From NCBI GenBank assembly GCA_951406725.2, contig OX597817.1, positions 12,338,001 to 12,402,000 on the forward strand: a stretch of DNA of 64,000 nucleotides, written 5' to 3'. The DNA comes from Octopus vulgaris (lineage: Eukaryota). Positions 13,204 to 26,999 of this stretch are shown here, in pieces. Each line of letters begins with the position of its first letter. Positions within the stretch are counted from its first letter, which is position 1. The position numbers and the translations under genes were made by a program. The notes under the pieces are model-generated. The model was not told where the DNA came from and made no database searches. It was given only the letters and a program-made list of their open reading frames with translations.

Positions 13204-13811
13204 TATTATTATTATTATTCGAATTTTTGCCAGAAGATCAGCTTGGGGAAGGTGGGGATGAGTCGATTATATCGACCCAAGTGTTCAACAGGTACTTATT
13301 TTATCGACCCCGAAAGGATGAAAGGCACAGTCGACCTCGGCGAAATTTGAACTCAGAACGTAGCGACGGGCGAGATACCGCTAAGTATTTCGTCTAGCGC
13401 GCTGATGACCCTGACAGCTCGCCGCATTGGCTACGTTATAATAATGAGAAGCTCTGTTCAGACTAGCTTCATTTAAGTATAATGGATTTACACGTTTACT
13501 AATATTATGGATTAAACGTTAAAGGATACTAGAGTTGGATTATTATGTTTCTTATTTAATTGAAATACTCTTTCAGTAAAGTTTCAGTAAGAGTAAAATT
13601 TAAGATAAAACTAATTTGAGGTAAAACTCAAACAAAATGACAATGTTAAACTTTGGATCAATTGTAATTCATAAACCTATTTCGCTAAATAATTTTATGA
13701 GGACTTTTAAAGATCAAGCTAATATTAGTATTATGAAAAACTAAAAGAACGTCGTCTCTGTATAAAACTCCTTACACAGTACAAAATATTTATACCAAAA
13801 TCCATAATATA

Positions 13812-14330
13812 GGCGCAGGAGTGGCTGTGTGGTAAGTAGCTTGCTAACCAACCACATGGTTCCGGGTTCAGTCCCACTGCGTGGCACCTTGGGCAAGTGT
13901 CTTCTACTATAGACCCGGGCCGACCAAAGCCTTGTGAGTGGATTTGGTAGACGGAAACTGAAAAAAGCCTGTCATATATATGTATATATATATAAGAGTG
14001 TGTGTATGTGTGTTTGTCCGCCTAGCATTGCTTGACAACCGATGCTGGTGGATTTGGTAGACGGAAACTGAAAGAAGCCTGTCGGATATATGTATATATA
14101 TATATGTATGTGTGTGTATGTTTGTGTGTCTGTTTGTCCCCCTAGCATTGCTTGACAACCGATGCTGGTGTGTTTATGTCCCCGTCACTTAGCGGTTCGG
14201 CAAAAGAGACCGATAGAATAAGTACTGGGCTTACAAAGAATAAGTCCCGGGGTCGATTTGCTCGACTAAAGGCGGTGCTCCAGCATGGCCTCAGTCAAAT
14301 GACTGAAACAAGTAAAAGAGTAAAAAGAGT
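13812..14330 (+). mobile_element. SINE family A with internal duplication
   Basis: family match; segment GTGGATTTGGTAGACGG...ACCGATGCTGG occurs twice. Confidence 0.85.
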
Positions 14331-14976
14331 ATAGATTCTAATGATTTTGCATTACTCCTCAACGCACAAAATACATGCGTGACTGCATGTATTTTGGTGA
14401 GAGCAGTTTTGTACTGGTGTATGTATTTTTAGACTGATAACATTTCATGTGTTAAGGCCATCTCTCCAGTTTTTTTTTTATAGAAAATATAGCCAGCTCT
14501 GATTTTATAACGGCGTTTCGTATCCGAGGTGTCAGGTGTGAACAAACAATGAGATGGAAGATGAAAAAATGAATAATAGGCGTATATGCCATATTTCTGG
14601 AGTTTTTGCTTCTTCCTCAGCACCCATCTACCCCATTAATCATCCACAAACTCATTGCTTAAATAGCCACTACATATAGCGTGGTAACGTTATTGGATAT
14701 ACCAATTTGCATATTAAACACATTCTTGGAAGCTGGTACGTAAATATTAATGGCTTGTAAGGCCACGGCATATCGTTATGCAAATACAATATGCTACAAA
14801 GTACATTAAACGTTTTTTATAAGCCAATACTGTGTTCTGCTGTGTTAACAGTGCACTTAAATCGCATGTTAAGGTATGTGAATCTGAGAGGGGAATATGT
14901 TGAATGAAATCGTAATTAGCTGATCCTCCTGTATTTTCCTGTACCCAAAACCAGAAACTTTTCAGCATCCCCTCGT

Positions 14977-15550
<574 letters not shown>

Positions 15551-16674
15551 TATATATATATATGAGTGTGTGTGTGTGTATACATACACATACATGCATA
15601 CATGCATGCATACATATATATATATATATTGATAATTGTCGAGATCCAGTTGATCTCCCAGAAAAGCATCACTGAAACTGTCCTCGACGTCCTGAGTCAG
15701 TCCCAGGCTATAAGAGGCCAGAATAGCAATAATAACAATATTAACATCAATGACATAACAACAACAAAATAACAATAATGTGTGATTAGAGATCAGAGGG
15801 AAGAAGAAAAAAGGGATTACGAGGGGTGGGGAAGAATAGCATTTTAGAAGAGGCTGGGCTCCCCTATTATTAGTTATTTTGTCTCTTTTGTGCATCAATT
15901 ATTTTTTTGCATATCAATTATATTTTTGCTCCTTAATTATTTTTTGCACATCATTTATGTCAGCTTAAACAGCCCCTTTTCAACACATCTTACCCGTTGC
16001 TGCATAACTCCCTTATTTCTTTGACCCTACTATTTCTTCAAAAGACACTTAGGAGGTTAACAGTTAACCCCATTCGTCCTTCCCCTATGTTTTTTTTATT
16101 AATATTTCCACCTCCACCAAGGTCCGGCTTTTCTCTTCGTCCCTTCTCCATTTCCCCCCTTCAGACACTCAGCACAGCTCGCCCCTTCCTTCCCGACCTC
16201 TTCTCTCACTCACCACCACCCGTCTTTCAGCCTCCTCCGTATGTCCCGGGCCACTCATAATCACCCGCATTCACTTTACTCTCTTTTTCCCTCTTTTACT
16301 TGTTTCAGTCATTTGACTGCGGCCATGCTGGAGCACCGCCTTTTAGTCGAGCAAATCTACCCTCGGGACTTATTCTTTGTAAGCCCAGTACTTATTCTAT
16401 CGGTTCTCTTTTGCCGAACCGCTAAGCGACGGGGACGTAAACACACCAGCATCGGTTGTCAAGCAACGCTTGGGGTACAAACACAGACACACAAACACAT
16501 ACACACACACACATATATATATATACATACATACGACAGGCTTCTATCAGTTTCCGTCTACCAAATCCACTCACAAGACATTGGTCGGCCCGGGGCTATA
16601 GCAGAAGACACTTGCTCAAGATGCCACGCAGTGGGACTGAGCCCGGAACCATGTGGTTGGTTAGCAAGCTACTT

Positions 16675-18727
16675 TATTTTAATAATTTGCCACTAGGGCA
16701 GCACACAGAGTAGCTGCGGGCTGGACAAGGACATTAATGGATGATGGTGGTGGTTGATGAAGATGGTGATGGGAGAAGTCAGAAAGCGCCCGCCGACTTT
16801 TGCTTCTCTAAAACAATGTTCTTTTTTTTTTCAATAATTTACAAAATTTCAAAAATTACAAAAATTCAAAAATTTTCACAAAAGTTTCAATTTACAATTT
16901 ACACTTTTAAAAGTCTCTTCAGAGGCAATAAACCTCTGTCACAATGTAACACAATTACAATTTTACGTTACCCGACCGATGAACTCTCTTGCTTTAATGA
17001 CGCAATCGTCCATCGTCAGGCTTCCGCATACAGGTATGACTTGCAAGAGATCCTCCGGGAAAGAATTCTCGATCCTGCACATATCATTTTCGAGTAGGAC
17101 CTCCGCAGCCAGCTGCGAAGGCCACTCGGGATACTCCATGCAGGACCGAAGTCCCTCCCATTGGTTTCTCTTCCTCCTCTTACGTATTTCATTTTCTACA
17201 ATGCCTCCTTTATGGAAGAGGACTACATAAAATTTCTCCGGCATCACAACCGCCGGAGGACACATGGGAGACGCCATCTGGGTGTTACAGTCCGCTGGTG
17301 GCGTCCCGTTCCTCTTTTTCTTTTTCTTTTTACGCTGGGCCTCGGGAGGTTGAGGTTCCGGTGCTATGCGCACCGGGTCCTCTTTTTCTTCCGCAGCCTC
17401 CGGTTCCTTTGGTGGGTCGCCATTGCTCCCCACTCTTCTTTTTCTTTTGGAGGAGGATTTTTCCCCCTCCTCACATTGTTTCTCTCCCTCCATTGGTGGG
17501 GCAGGGAGAGGCTCTGATATTAACTTCTCCAGGATCCTACTCTGGTTCCTGGGGCAGTTTTTCTTAATGTGGCCGGTCTCCGAACACGGGTGACACTTGG
17601 GGGCGCGTCCCTCAAGCATCACCGGATACTTGGACCCGGCCATCTTCAGGAAGTCCGGCAAAACCAGACTCTTGGCTGACTGGGTCCACAGAGTCAAAGT
17701 AGCCTTTGCCCCTTCCAAGTCAGCCGCAGGCTGCATTCTCACGTTCAGGATCTTGGCGCTACCACCACTCAGACTCCGGCGGATGGAATCTTCCACCCAC
17801 TCGGGCTCAAAGCCGGGCGGCAGGCCGCAGACCCATAATCGTATCAATTTTTCTCCCTTATAGCTTGGGAGAAACAGAATCTCTTCGCCCTCAATGGGCT
17901 TACTCGCGAAATCGCAAGCTGCTTTAGGGGAGTCAAATAGCAACCAAATCGTTGCGTATTTGGCTCCCCGTTGAATATATTTAACGGCTGGCATATAATC
18001 TGCCAGCTCGTTCATAATGGTGGCTTTTGGGAAAACCATTATGGTATCGAGCGACCTCGAATATGTCCTCAACACCACGGTTCTGTCCTCGAGCTCCTTT
18101 AAGTACTTTTTGGGAGGTGTCAATTCCCACACAGTGAAATTCCTTGCCATAACTTAAGAAAAACAGTTCAAAATGTTACAAAATAAGTTAGACAAAGAAA
18201 GGAGAATGAAAAAAAGCAACAGAAGGGAAGAAATAAAATTAAAATGGCAGTTCAAAAAAAGTTCTTTTTTTTTACAAATGAATGATAGACGGAGAAAGAG
18301 AGTTCAAATTCAGACAAAGGAATTAATTTTTCTTTTTTTTTTTTTTGTTCACTTTTTCTGCCAAAAATTGTATTCCAGGCCAAATACACTGTTGGTGAAA
18401 CACCTTGGTAAAATAATCCTTGGTAAATCCCGTGGATAACAACGACAATTTCAAAAATAATTTTTGCAGACGTACTACGCCGCCTCAAAATAACAATTTT
18501 CTTTACACTCGACAACAGGCAGAAAAATTATATCTGGAGCAAAGTGGAGCCTTATTATCTGCTAAACAAATATTTAATGCTAAAAAACATTAATGCAAGT
18601 AATAAAACTTCACTTCGCTCGCAAAAATACAAAATTCCTACCTTTAGTCGAGTCTCAAGATTCAATATTTCACGTTGAAACAACGTGGCATCTGGAGCAG
18701 CAAAATAACACGTCCGAACAGTTCAGA
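16675..18727 (-). mobile_element. ORF1-only (HAL1-like) non-LTR retroelement, 2053 bp, inserted into a SINE
   Basis: 16-bp TSD GGTTAGCAAGCTACTT at 16659-16674 and 18728-18743; the host SINE resumes on both sides; single ORF; 3' end ATTAAAATA running into AAG of the TSD (AATAAA). Confidence 0.85.
16963..18150 (-). CDS. LINE ORF1/gag-like protein, 395 aa, CCHC zinc knuckle (CHPCSETGHIKKNC), basic tracts
   Basis: intact ATG-to-stop ORF in GC-richer sequence; CX2CX4HX4C preceded by an RRM-like region as in L1/Tx1-type ORF1. Confidence 0.85.
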   Translation of the reverse strand: MARNFTVWELTPPKKYLKELEDRTVVLRTYSRSLDTIMVFPKATIMNELADYMPAVKYIQRGAKYATIWLLFDSPKAACDFASKPIEGEEILFLPSYKGEKLIRLWVCGLPPGFEPEWVEDSIRRSLSGGSAKILNVRMQPAADLEGAKATLTLWTQSAKSLVLPDFLKMAGSKYPVMLEGRAPKCHPCSETGHIKKNCPRNQSRILEKLISEPLPAPPMEGEKQCEEGEKSSSKRKRRVGSNGDPPKEPEAAEEKEDPVRIAPEPQPPEAQRKKKKKKRNGTPPADCNTQMASPMCPPAVVMPEKFYVVLFHKGGIVENEIRKRRKRNQWEGLRSCMEYPEWPSQLAAEVLLENDMCRIENSFPEDLLQVIPVCGSLTMDDCVIKAREFIGRVT

Positions 18728-19112
18728 GGTTAGCAAGCTACTTACCACACAGCCACTCCAGCGCCTATTTCATCAGTATTTCCCCAAACGTGCTTCTGAA
18801 TCTTCAATGCTTTTTGCTTCCTCCCCTTTTCCCCGAATTATCCTACTCCCCCTTCTTTGTTGTCTTATTTATATCCTTCTTTTTCATCTTTTACTCATTC
18901 TTATGCATTTCATCCCTCCTTCCAGTTTTCCTCTTTCTTCTCCGAATTGCCTTTTTCCTTCTATTCCTATTTTCACCCCACCCCGCTCCCGAACGGCCCC
19001 TTATACTTCCAGTTTTTAACGATATACATATATAAACTATATAAACTTGTACAAGAGCAAACAACCTCCGAGATAGAAACGAGAGATGAATCATCTGGTT
19101 ATTTCGTAAAGC

Positions 19113-19159
<47 letters not shown>

Positions 19160-19548
19160 ACACACACATACACACACACATACACACACACATACATGCA
19201 CATACAAACGCACACACATAAACATGTGTTAAATACGTTAATATCTAAATAAGAGAGTATGATTAACAGAAAATGCGGTGCATCGAACAAATAGGGCGTC
19301 GTGAGACTTTGGTATTTAGATCCAATCGAATTATAACCCTTTAAATAAATCCATCTTTGAATTTCGTTTGTAACGTTTGTATCGATAAAATAACATCAGT
19401 TCACTGAGTGAAATCAGTAAAAGAATGAAAAAAATCTATAAAGCAGGAACATGACCGAATAGCGAATCTGCTGGCTGAATGCAATATTAAAAACTTTTTC
19501 TGAATCTGCTTTCCTTACAACGCACCATCTTTCGTTGAGTATAATGTA

Positions 19549-19912
19549 GGTTGGATGGAACCTACACTCGCCTCCTTATGAGAGCTCAAAATCTCTGGTG
19601 GAAGCGCCATCCAACCAAAATGCAAATATATGGGAAACTACCACCTGTGTCATCTCTTGTGAAAGGTAAGAGAGTCCAGTTTGCTGGACATTGTTGTAGA
19701 GCTGAAAAAGAGGTAATTTCTACTCTTCTCCTCTGGAAGCCATCTACTCGCAATACCAGAGGGCGCATATTCTCCTACCCTGATGTAATCTCCAGGGATA
19801 CAGGCATCCAGCAACAGGACCTCCGTAATGCCATGATGGACCGTGAAGCCTGGCGTAGCATGGTAAATTCCATTGTCTCGACCACGGTCGAACAATGGTG
19901 ATGATGATGATA
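19549..19912 (+). mobile_element. RTE-type LINE 3' fragment
   Basis: ORF 19551-19901 with FAGHC.R...LLW.P...RGR...AMMDREAW; (TGA)n tail; short ATAATGT direct repeat at the flanks. Confidence 0.8.
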
Positions 19913-19972
19913 ATGTTCAAATTTACACGATATATGTAAAGGCACCTTCAAAGTAATACTGATCTTCATTTA

Positions 19973-20374
19973 CCGCGGGAGTGGCTGTGTGGTAAGTAGC
20001 TTGCTAACCAACCACATGGTTCCGGGTTCAGTCCCACTGCGTGGCACCTTGGGCAAGTGTCTTCTGCTATAGCCCCGGGCCGACCAATGCCTTGTGAGTG
20101 GATTTGGTAGACGGAAACTGAAAGAAGCCTGTCGTATATATGTACATATATATGTATATATGTATGTGTGTGTCTGTGTTTGTCCCCCTAGCATTACTTG
20201 ACAACCGATGCTGGTGTGTTTACGTCCCCGTCACTTAGCGGTTCGGCAAAAGAGACCGATAGAATAAGTACTGGGCTTACAAAGAATAAGTCCCGGGGTC
20301 GATTTGCTCGACTAAAGGCGGTGCTCCAGCATGGCCACAGTCAAATGACTGAAACAAGTAAAAGAGTAAAAGAG
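19973..20374 (+). mobile_element. SINE family A
   Basis: family match. Confidence 0.85.
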
Positions 20375-23300
20375 TTACCCAAATATCAACTTTAATATTA
20401 TTCCTACCTGTTCTTACCTGCCTAGTTATGTTGCATGTTGCCAAGAAACAGAGCAGAACACCTGTGACCTATTGACATGCTTGGAATTAATGACTATTTT
20501 AATGAAACTCTAGCCTCTTATCATCTGCACAAGCATTATAACTTTGAGAGACTGTCACTTCAAATACTTGTAAGTTCACGCTCCTGTTGCAGCAAGTGGC
20601 GGTGGCATGGCGAATAGAACGTGAAGGAAGGGGTATGTATTACAGTAAAATACTAAACTTATGAGAAAATTAGGCTTAATTAGGCACACTATTTCTAGAT
20701 CGAATTACATCAAATGAGAAAAGAAATTATCGTAGGGTAGAAGTAAGCTCCTAGGACGTGAAGTCAAGAACACTCCAAACTCCAGCCTAAAGTAATGTCA
20801 CTTCACTTCTGATACCTGTCAATCTGCAATAATGTTCTGCTGCTCTCCATGTATTTACCACTTTAAAGAAAAAGAAATTGCACTTTAATTATGAAACGAA
20901 ATTCAAGGTGTAACTTACTGAATACCGAACAGCTGTATTAGCTGTCATTTAATTGACCAGTAAATTAAGGAATTACTTAACATAATCTAATATAGACACA
21001 ACCTCATTATATTTTCTGTATTATTCCAATGTTTTAAATTAAGTGATATACATACAATCATATATACGTACGTACATGTGTGTGTGTGTGTGTGTGTATG
21101 TATGTAATCTACTGCTAAGAGGATCAGCTACTCTACTTACTGGAACTATGACTTCACGTCCAACTTAGTGTACTTTTCTTTTACATGACTCATGGAATGC
21201 AGCGTTTTAAGACTTGTTGAATCGCACTAATCATAGTCGTACGAGTGCAGAACAATATCATGTAAAAAGAGATTTTGTCTTCGATTTCGTTCTGTGGTTA
21301 AGATAGTTTAAACAGTTTACTATATATGTAATGTTTTAAAAAATATATATCCCTTCAACAAGGATTATGCAAAAGAATCTGAACGAAGAAGGCTAACCTA
21401 AACAATACCTGCATGGAAATGGAGTTAATTAATTATGCACAATCAGGATAAAAACTTTTACTTTCATGAAACAAAATCTGCCGAGTTCGGCTTCCGTTTT
21501 GGAGAGATCAGTTTCCAATACGCTTAACATTTCCAGTAAAGCCAAACAAACTTTAACGGACTAAATTTCAGAAAGTTGCACCATTTCTTCGTGAACCAGT
21601 ATATTCTCATGGATGTTTCTCCTGTAGATCTTTCTGAAGCTTGTTCACTTTTTGGTATAAAATTCGGTAACAGCTTTCAAGATAGAAGAAATAATTGTAT
21701 AATAAAGAATATAGTGACACTGCACCTCCAGTATTCCTTTTATCAATTTTACACCGTATCGAAAACCGAATGCCTTCGAAAAATTAGAATTTCACAAAAA
21801 AAAAAAAACTATGTATAAATATCGAACAATCTAATAGTTTTCAAAGTAACTCTGGAATGTCCCTGATCACTCATTAATAGTTAGGATTAATTACGACTAG
21901 CTAAGATCAAATTGCACCGTGTTTGACTTAACCAGGATCGACAAATTAAATATTAGTATCTATTGAAATAGTCAGAAATAATTATTCGACTATTTTTTTT
22001 ACTTATGCAGGAAATGTAAAAAAAAAAGTCAAAGGCTCACTCAAAGAGCCTTTGTTGGAGGAAAAAGGAAGAAACTCTCCTTAGACAAGAGACACGGGCT
22101 GAATAATTGCAGTATGTGCATAGATATAGTTGATGTTAGGATCTTGCAGATTTTAATAAATCATAGAGTGGGCTCCTAAAAAGGCTATCAAATATCTACT
22201 AAAGACAATCAAGAGCTAAACAGTAGAGTCCAAGCAGTCGAATTTTATAACACAGTAATGGGACGATCCCTTTTCTCACTTTACTTTTCACTACAATGTT
22301 TCATATGGCGCTTGCAGCTTTCCCCTTACATGTTAATATCCAACTATGAGTTTGAAGTAACAGTACTGATACCAACATTTCGGAAACTTGATTACTGCAT
22401 AGAGGATATAAACTATATAAATATTAAAGCACACAACATCCTGATATCAAGCATACACTATTAAATAAACAATTATATTAGCAGGTACTGTCTTAGAAAA
22501 AAAGAGGGGTTCAAGAGGCTGGAGACTAGTGCAGATGGCTTTTATGCATCGTATGGTATCACTCAAACAACGCCTACTAAACAACGCTAGCAAAAATAAA
22601 TATATTATCCAAGTGCTCAAATGTGAAAAGATCAATATCCAACAGGTTGGTAGAATCCCCAAGAATTTCGTTTATGATAACAGAACTGATGTCCTAGCGT
22701 ACCACAGAGACCTGAAAAACAAAAGCATTATACGCATCACAAAAATGTTTACCTAATGAAGTTAGTATTTACATGAAGTCTAAACTCTCTTGGAGTAGTG
22801 GCTGTTACATCAAGTCACGTTTCAAAACGTATGATTTTGCAACCAAAGAGCAAGAGACACCAACGAAATACCAAATAAACCATAAAACCACAGAGAATCA
22901 CTTATACGTTTGCGATGCGACTTGAAATATTGATCTTTGGAAGATTGAAACGTGATCAGTAGCTGCCCAAAATATTATCAAGGTACTACTTCCCATGTCT
23001 ATTAAAATAATATACAATGACATTTGGTGACTGCACTGGTATAAATGTAGACAATTCTCCTGTTATTGAGTACATATCAACACAAGGAACATTGGTAGAA
23101 CATTCAAATCAAAACTTCTGCTAAGTCCGAACATAACAGATCTGATGTTGTTTAGGACAGAAAAGAAAAATGATCTACTGGAGTTAGCTGCATTTGTAGT
23201 ACCAGGACAGGCAAGGCAAACCCGGGATCGCAAAATTTAGCAACTGTCTGCCTAATATGTTAACTTCTAATTTTATCGAAGTTGTTACTAAAGGGAAACT

Positions 23301-24842
23301 ATGAGGCGGCGTACTGGCATAATCGTTATTACGCCGGACAAAATGCTTAGCGGCATCCCGTCCACCTTTGGGTCCTAAGTTCAAATTCTGCCGTGGTCGA
23401 CTGTGCCTTTCATTCTTTCAGGATCGATTAAATAAGTACCCGTTGAGCATTGGAGTTGATTTAATCAACTTATCCCCACCCCCACGAACTTGCTGGTGTC
23501 GTGCCAAAATTCGAAACCACTACAGCGAAACTATGTCTTGTTAGCACGAGGATTCCTTATTTCTTTTCTTTGTTGGTTGTAAAAGGGAGATGCATCCTCT
23601 TCCTTGAGAACTTGCATACACATACATAAAATGCTTGCAAACACACACTCGTATACATACGCACCCATTATATAAATGCAAGTATATCCACATATACGTC
23701 TGTTCATGAGGTCCCACTGATTCATATATTCACAAATCCCTGGAACCCTTCTCCACTTACCAAAAATATACTTTGTCACATTTTTAGCAAGGCGCCTTGA
23801 AATCAGAAGAAGAATTAAAATTACTCTCAAAGAAACAATTACATACATAGATGCATGCATTCATGCGTACATTCATCCTGTCATGCCTGTATATATTGAC
23901 CACGACCACTGAAATTGAGGATCATTAGATAGAATGTACACTACTTTCACTATATAATTGCACTCAGCCCTTCCATCTTGCACCCAGCGAGACATCTAGA
24001 ATGTCACTGATGGGAAGAAAGAGAGTGAGAGAGAGAGTGGGAGAGAGAGAAGGAAAGAGAGAAGAGGAAAGAGAGAGAGGACTGCACCATCATTCGGCTG
24101 GTATATTTTTTGGCTGAGTAGACTGGAGCAACATAAAATGTGTTTTACAAAAAGAATGACATGTACTCAGTCCAGGAGTCCAGTAGTCAAGGAATCGAAC
24201 GCACAACCTTATATTCGTGAGCCCAACACACTTACCACTAAGCCACACAGCTTTACATCTATCCATCCATCCATCCATACATACATACATTCATACATAC
24301 ATACATAATGGCTTGAACTTTGACCCGTCTTGATATAAATTGCCAAGACACATAGGCGGAATATGAAGGTGGAGGGGAGGTGAAATTTAAGCCGGTGGAT
24401 TACTGGGAAGGGGATATGGAGGAGATAAGAAAATATAGTAAACAGAAATGGAGTGGAAAAGAAAGAAAGGAAGAAGGAAGATTAGAAGGAAAGGTCTTTT
24501 GGGTGGCGTTATTTTAGTTATGACTGTCTGAGCAATGCAGACGACTGGAATATTATTGAACGTATCAACATATTAAAATATGTAAGTACAAATTTTTCCG
24601 TTTATCTTATAGTTCACAACCCTCTCCCTATACGTGTCTGTATTTATAAATTGCTTTATTTATGCATCGCTCGCCTCTTTCCTCTTTACACACACATATA
24701 TATATATATATATAATTATGTATGTATGTATGTATGTATGTATGTATGTATGTATGTATGTATGTATGTATGTATGTATGTATGTATGTATGTATGTGTA
24801 TGTATGTATGTATGTATACATGTATATATGCATGCATGGATG

Positions 24843-24878
<36 letters not shown>

Positions 24879-24949
24879 GAGAGATAGATAGATAGATACA
24901 TAAATATATGCATGCCTGTCTATTAACATATAAATACATATATACATGC

Positions 24950-24986
<37 letters not shown>

Positions 24987-25372
24987 AGAGTAAGCACATA
25001 AATTCGAAACAAAGTTCCAGTTCGTCCGACGAACGGGGACGTGAAACTGACTAACAGTTTTTGTAATATTTTTGCTGTTTTTTAATAAAGTATATATGTG
25101 AGAGAGAGACAGACAGACAGAGACAGACAGACAGACAGAAAGAGAGAGAGAGAGATTACATATATGTACGTATGCATGTATGTATGTATGTATGTATGTA
25201 TGTATATATGTATATGTGCATGCCTATATAATACATATATGTATATACACATTAATATGTTTATAGATAGATAGATTAATACATGCATACATACATACAT
25301 ACATACATACATACATACATACATACATACATACATACATACATACATACATACATACATACATACATACAT

Positions 25373-25425
<53 letters not shown>

Positions 25426-25579
25426 CATACATACATACATACATACATACATACATACATACATACATACATACATACATGCATAGACTTGGAACACATC
25501 GTCAAGCTTTGATTCTCTGATTCATTCAACCGTTTTGATATCACAACAAAATATTGGAGAGATTTCACCAGACGTGTCT

Positions 25580-25960
25580 AAAGTGTATATTAAACATTAG
25601 TTAGAAATTCTTTACACCCAACTCAAAAACCTGAAAAAGAAGGGTTGACCCAGTATGGAAGCTCGCTTCATCAAGTACTATGGAAGTTTAAAAATTTATA
25701 CTGAGAATCTTCAAGATATTTCATGTTGCTGTTGTCCAACTTACGTCTTACTGCCTTTACAGTGTTCTTAGAACATTAGGCAGCACTTATAACGTTGGCA
25801 TTTTGATATCCGATGCGAATCATCATGGCACAGGTAACTTTTTCCCAATATTCAGATGGCTTCCATTCTTCCATGCCAGCTAACTTTTCCTCAGCACAAC
25901 TCTAAACTTTATGCTCTCCAAGGTCGTTGACTATTCTCCAATACATGAAGCTGTTCCTGT
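25580..25960 (-). mobile_element. possible Tc1/mariner N-terminal remnant
   Basis: minus frame MEEWKPSEYWEKVTCAMMIRIGYQNANVISAA*CSKNTVKAVRRKLD, HTH-like, with an internal stop. Confidence 0.3.
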
Positions 25961-26462
25961 AAAAGGGGACGTAAACAATCGTCAAATTACCCCGAACACC
26001 ATATATTCTATTTCTAAACATGCTGTTCTTCCTTTTCTTTAATATTTGAGTGAGATTTGATAAATATTTCTAGCAGGTCAAATGACCAGATAGAGGCTCC
26101 TTAATGGGTGCAAATATGTTTAATAGAAAAAATGAGATCTTGAGAAAGATCAAGCGTTAAAGAAACAATAAAAAGTATCGAGAGAAAAGGAAACCACGAA
26201 TGGCGAAAATGTATTTTCGAAAAAATTTCTAGATAGAATTTTTTTCGAAAAATTTTATCCTACATTAGATATTAATTTAATATGGTTCACTTCCGGACTC
26301 TCTCACTTTACGAGAGTTTTTCAGTTCGAATCGCACGTGTCTCGAAGTGTGCTAGAGAGTTTCTATTTTGGATATATTTGGGGTACTTAGTTGTGCTCAT
26401 GACTTAGTGTATGCTTCTTCCATGGGTGTAAGTAAGTATTTCATTTATTTCTGTACCGCATT

Positions 26463-26516
26463 TATCACTGATGAAGGGAAGGTTCTTAAGAACTAACTCT
26501 GAAATCGGGTCCGATA
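26463..26516 (+). ncRNA. minimal type I hammerhead ribozyme motif
   Basis: TATC(A)-CTGATGA-stem II (AGGG..GTTCTTAAGAAC..CTCT)-GAAA-TCGG-GTC-CGATA. Confidence 0.6.
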
Positions 26517-26664
26517 TGGTAATAACGGAATTTTTTTAGAAATTTCTGTCGGCTTTCTTTGAAACACGTGCATGTAGTGACGAATTATAATGGTTATTGA
26601 CGTTGTCTATTTTCGGCATATTTTGGCATTAGAAATTTTTTTCTTTTGCCCTTACTTATAAATT

Positions 26665-26756
<92 letters not shown>

Positions 26757-26772
26757 CATATATATATGTGTA

Positions 26773-26810
26773 TCTTTCTGTTGAAGAGCGTAGGCTCGAA
26801 ACGTAAAAGA
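26773..26810 (+). ncRNA. minimal hammerhead motif, CUGUUGA variant (second copy 6604-6641)
   Basis: TCTTT-CTGTTGA-A-GAGC(GTAG)GCTC-GAAA-CGTA-AAAGA; stems I and II pair perfectly. Confidence 0.55.
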
Positions 26811-26906
26811 CTTGTTTTATTTATATTCCTGAGCGCCATACTAATACAATTGTTTGTTTGTACTCCACCTGCCTTCGTCTTTTGTTTATTTTCATAAAGC
26901 TTCCCG

Positions 26907-26999
<93 letters not shown>

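Larger units (their letters stand above)
16272..18766 (-). mobile_element. SINE family A split by the ORF1-only element (parts 16272-16674 and 18728-18766)
   Basis: SINE head TTACCACACAGCCACTCC.GCGCC resumes after the TSD. Confidence 0.85.

Noticed and set aside
20400-23200. Possible third gene in the repeat-poor intergenic stretch
   Set aside because: No chain of phase-compatible exons or recognisable protein motif found on either strand by eye.
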